A DNA stretch of 64,000 nucleotides from Phallusia mammillata (Eukaryota), in assembly GCA_965637545.1 (NCBI GenBank), contig OZ281495.1, forward strand, positions 13,454,001 through 13,518,000, read 5' to 3'. The notes under the pieces were generated by a model, which saw only the letters and a program-made list of their open reading frames with translations, was not told where the DNA came from and did no database searches. Numbering within the stretch: position 1 is the first letter of the stretch; every line of letters begins with the position of its first letter. The translations under genes were made by a program, and so were the position numbers. Positions 63,695-64,000 of the stretch are shown here, one piece after another.

Positions 63695-64000
63695 CTTGAG
63701 AACTTCAGGCGCAAGATGTTGTATATTCCATGTAAAGTTGGTCTCATTCAAGTAAGAAGTGTTTTCGTTGAACTATCATCACTAACCAAAAAATCACCTT
63801 AAAATGCCAAAAAACGTATTTTCTTTCATCGTCGTGCTTAAGGGTATAAACGGCTCAGATTTGTTGCACTTGCATATAACACAGCCGCAAAACTAGTTAC
63901 ATGATGGCCTTACATTGTAGGCCTCAACATGCGTATATACACAAACAACCCTAGCTTTAATCCAACACGCAATTCAGCAATCTTTCACAGCAGGGTAGTA

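Overview
Eukaryotic, intron-rich genomic DNA (~40% GC by eye, introns from 58 nt to ~6 kb, CpG not obviously depleted). A compact invertebrate chordate such as an ascidian is the best guess, but this is inference and not provable here. Two minus-strand genes were reconstructed by hand from GT-AG boundaries and phase continuity. (1) A complete class-6 semaphorin (15 coding exons, 52861-63694, 1254 aa: signal peptide, Sema, PSI, TM, ~630-aa cytoplasmic tail). (2) An ADAMTSL1/3 (punctin/MADD-4-type) gene (15 well-supported exons 23592-36008 plus a probable terminal exon at 23073-23124), which appears to stop after six TSRs with no Ig or PLAC part. An 853-nt coding exon (385-1237) belongs to a third, unidentified minus-strand gene that runs off the left edge. 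The largest ADAMTSL intron holds two ~99% identical 428/429-bp hAT-type MITEs, each with its own 8-bp target-site duplication. The rest is intergenic or intronic DNA with small tandem repeats and a few unexplained ORFs. I found no CRISPR array, rRNA, convincing tRNA or intact transposase, and nothing I can honestly call a new biological system. The best leads are the orphan exon, the truncated punctin, the recent MITE pair, and the unusual tail and possible soluble isoform of the semaphorin.
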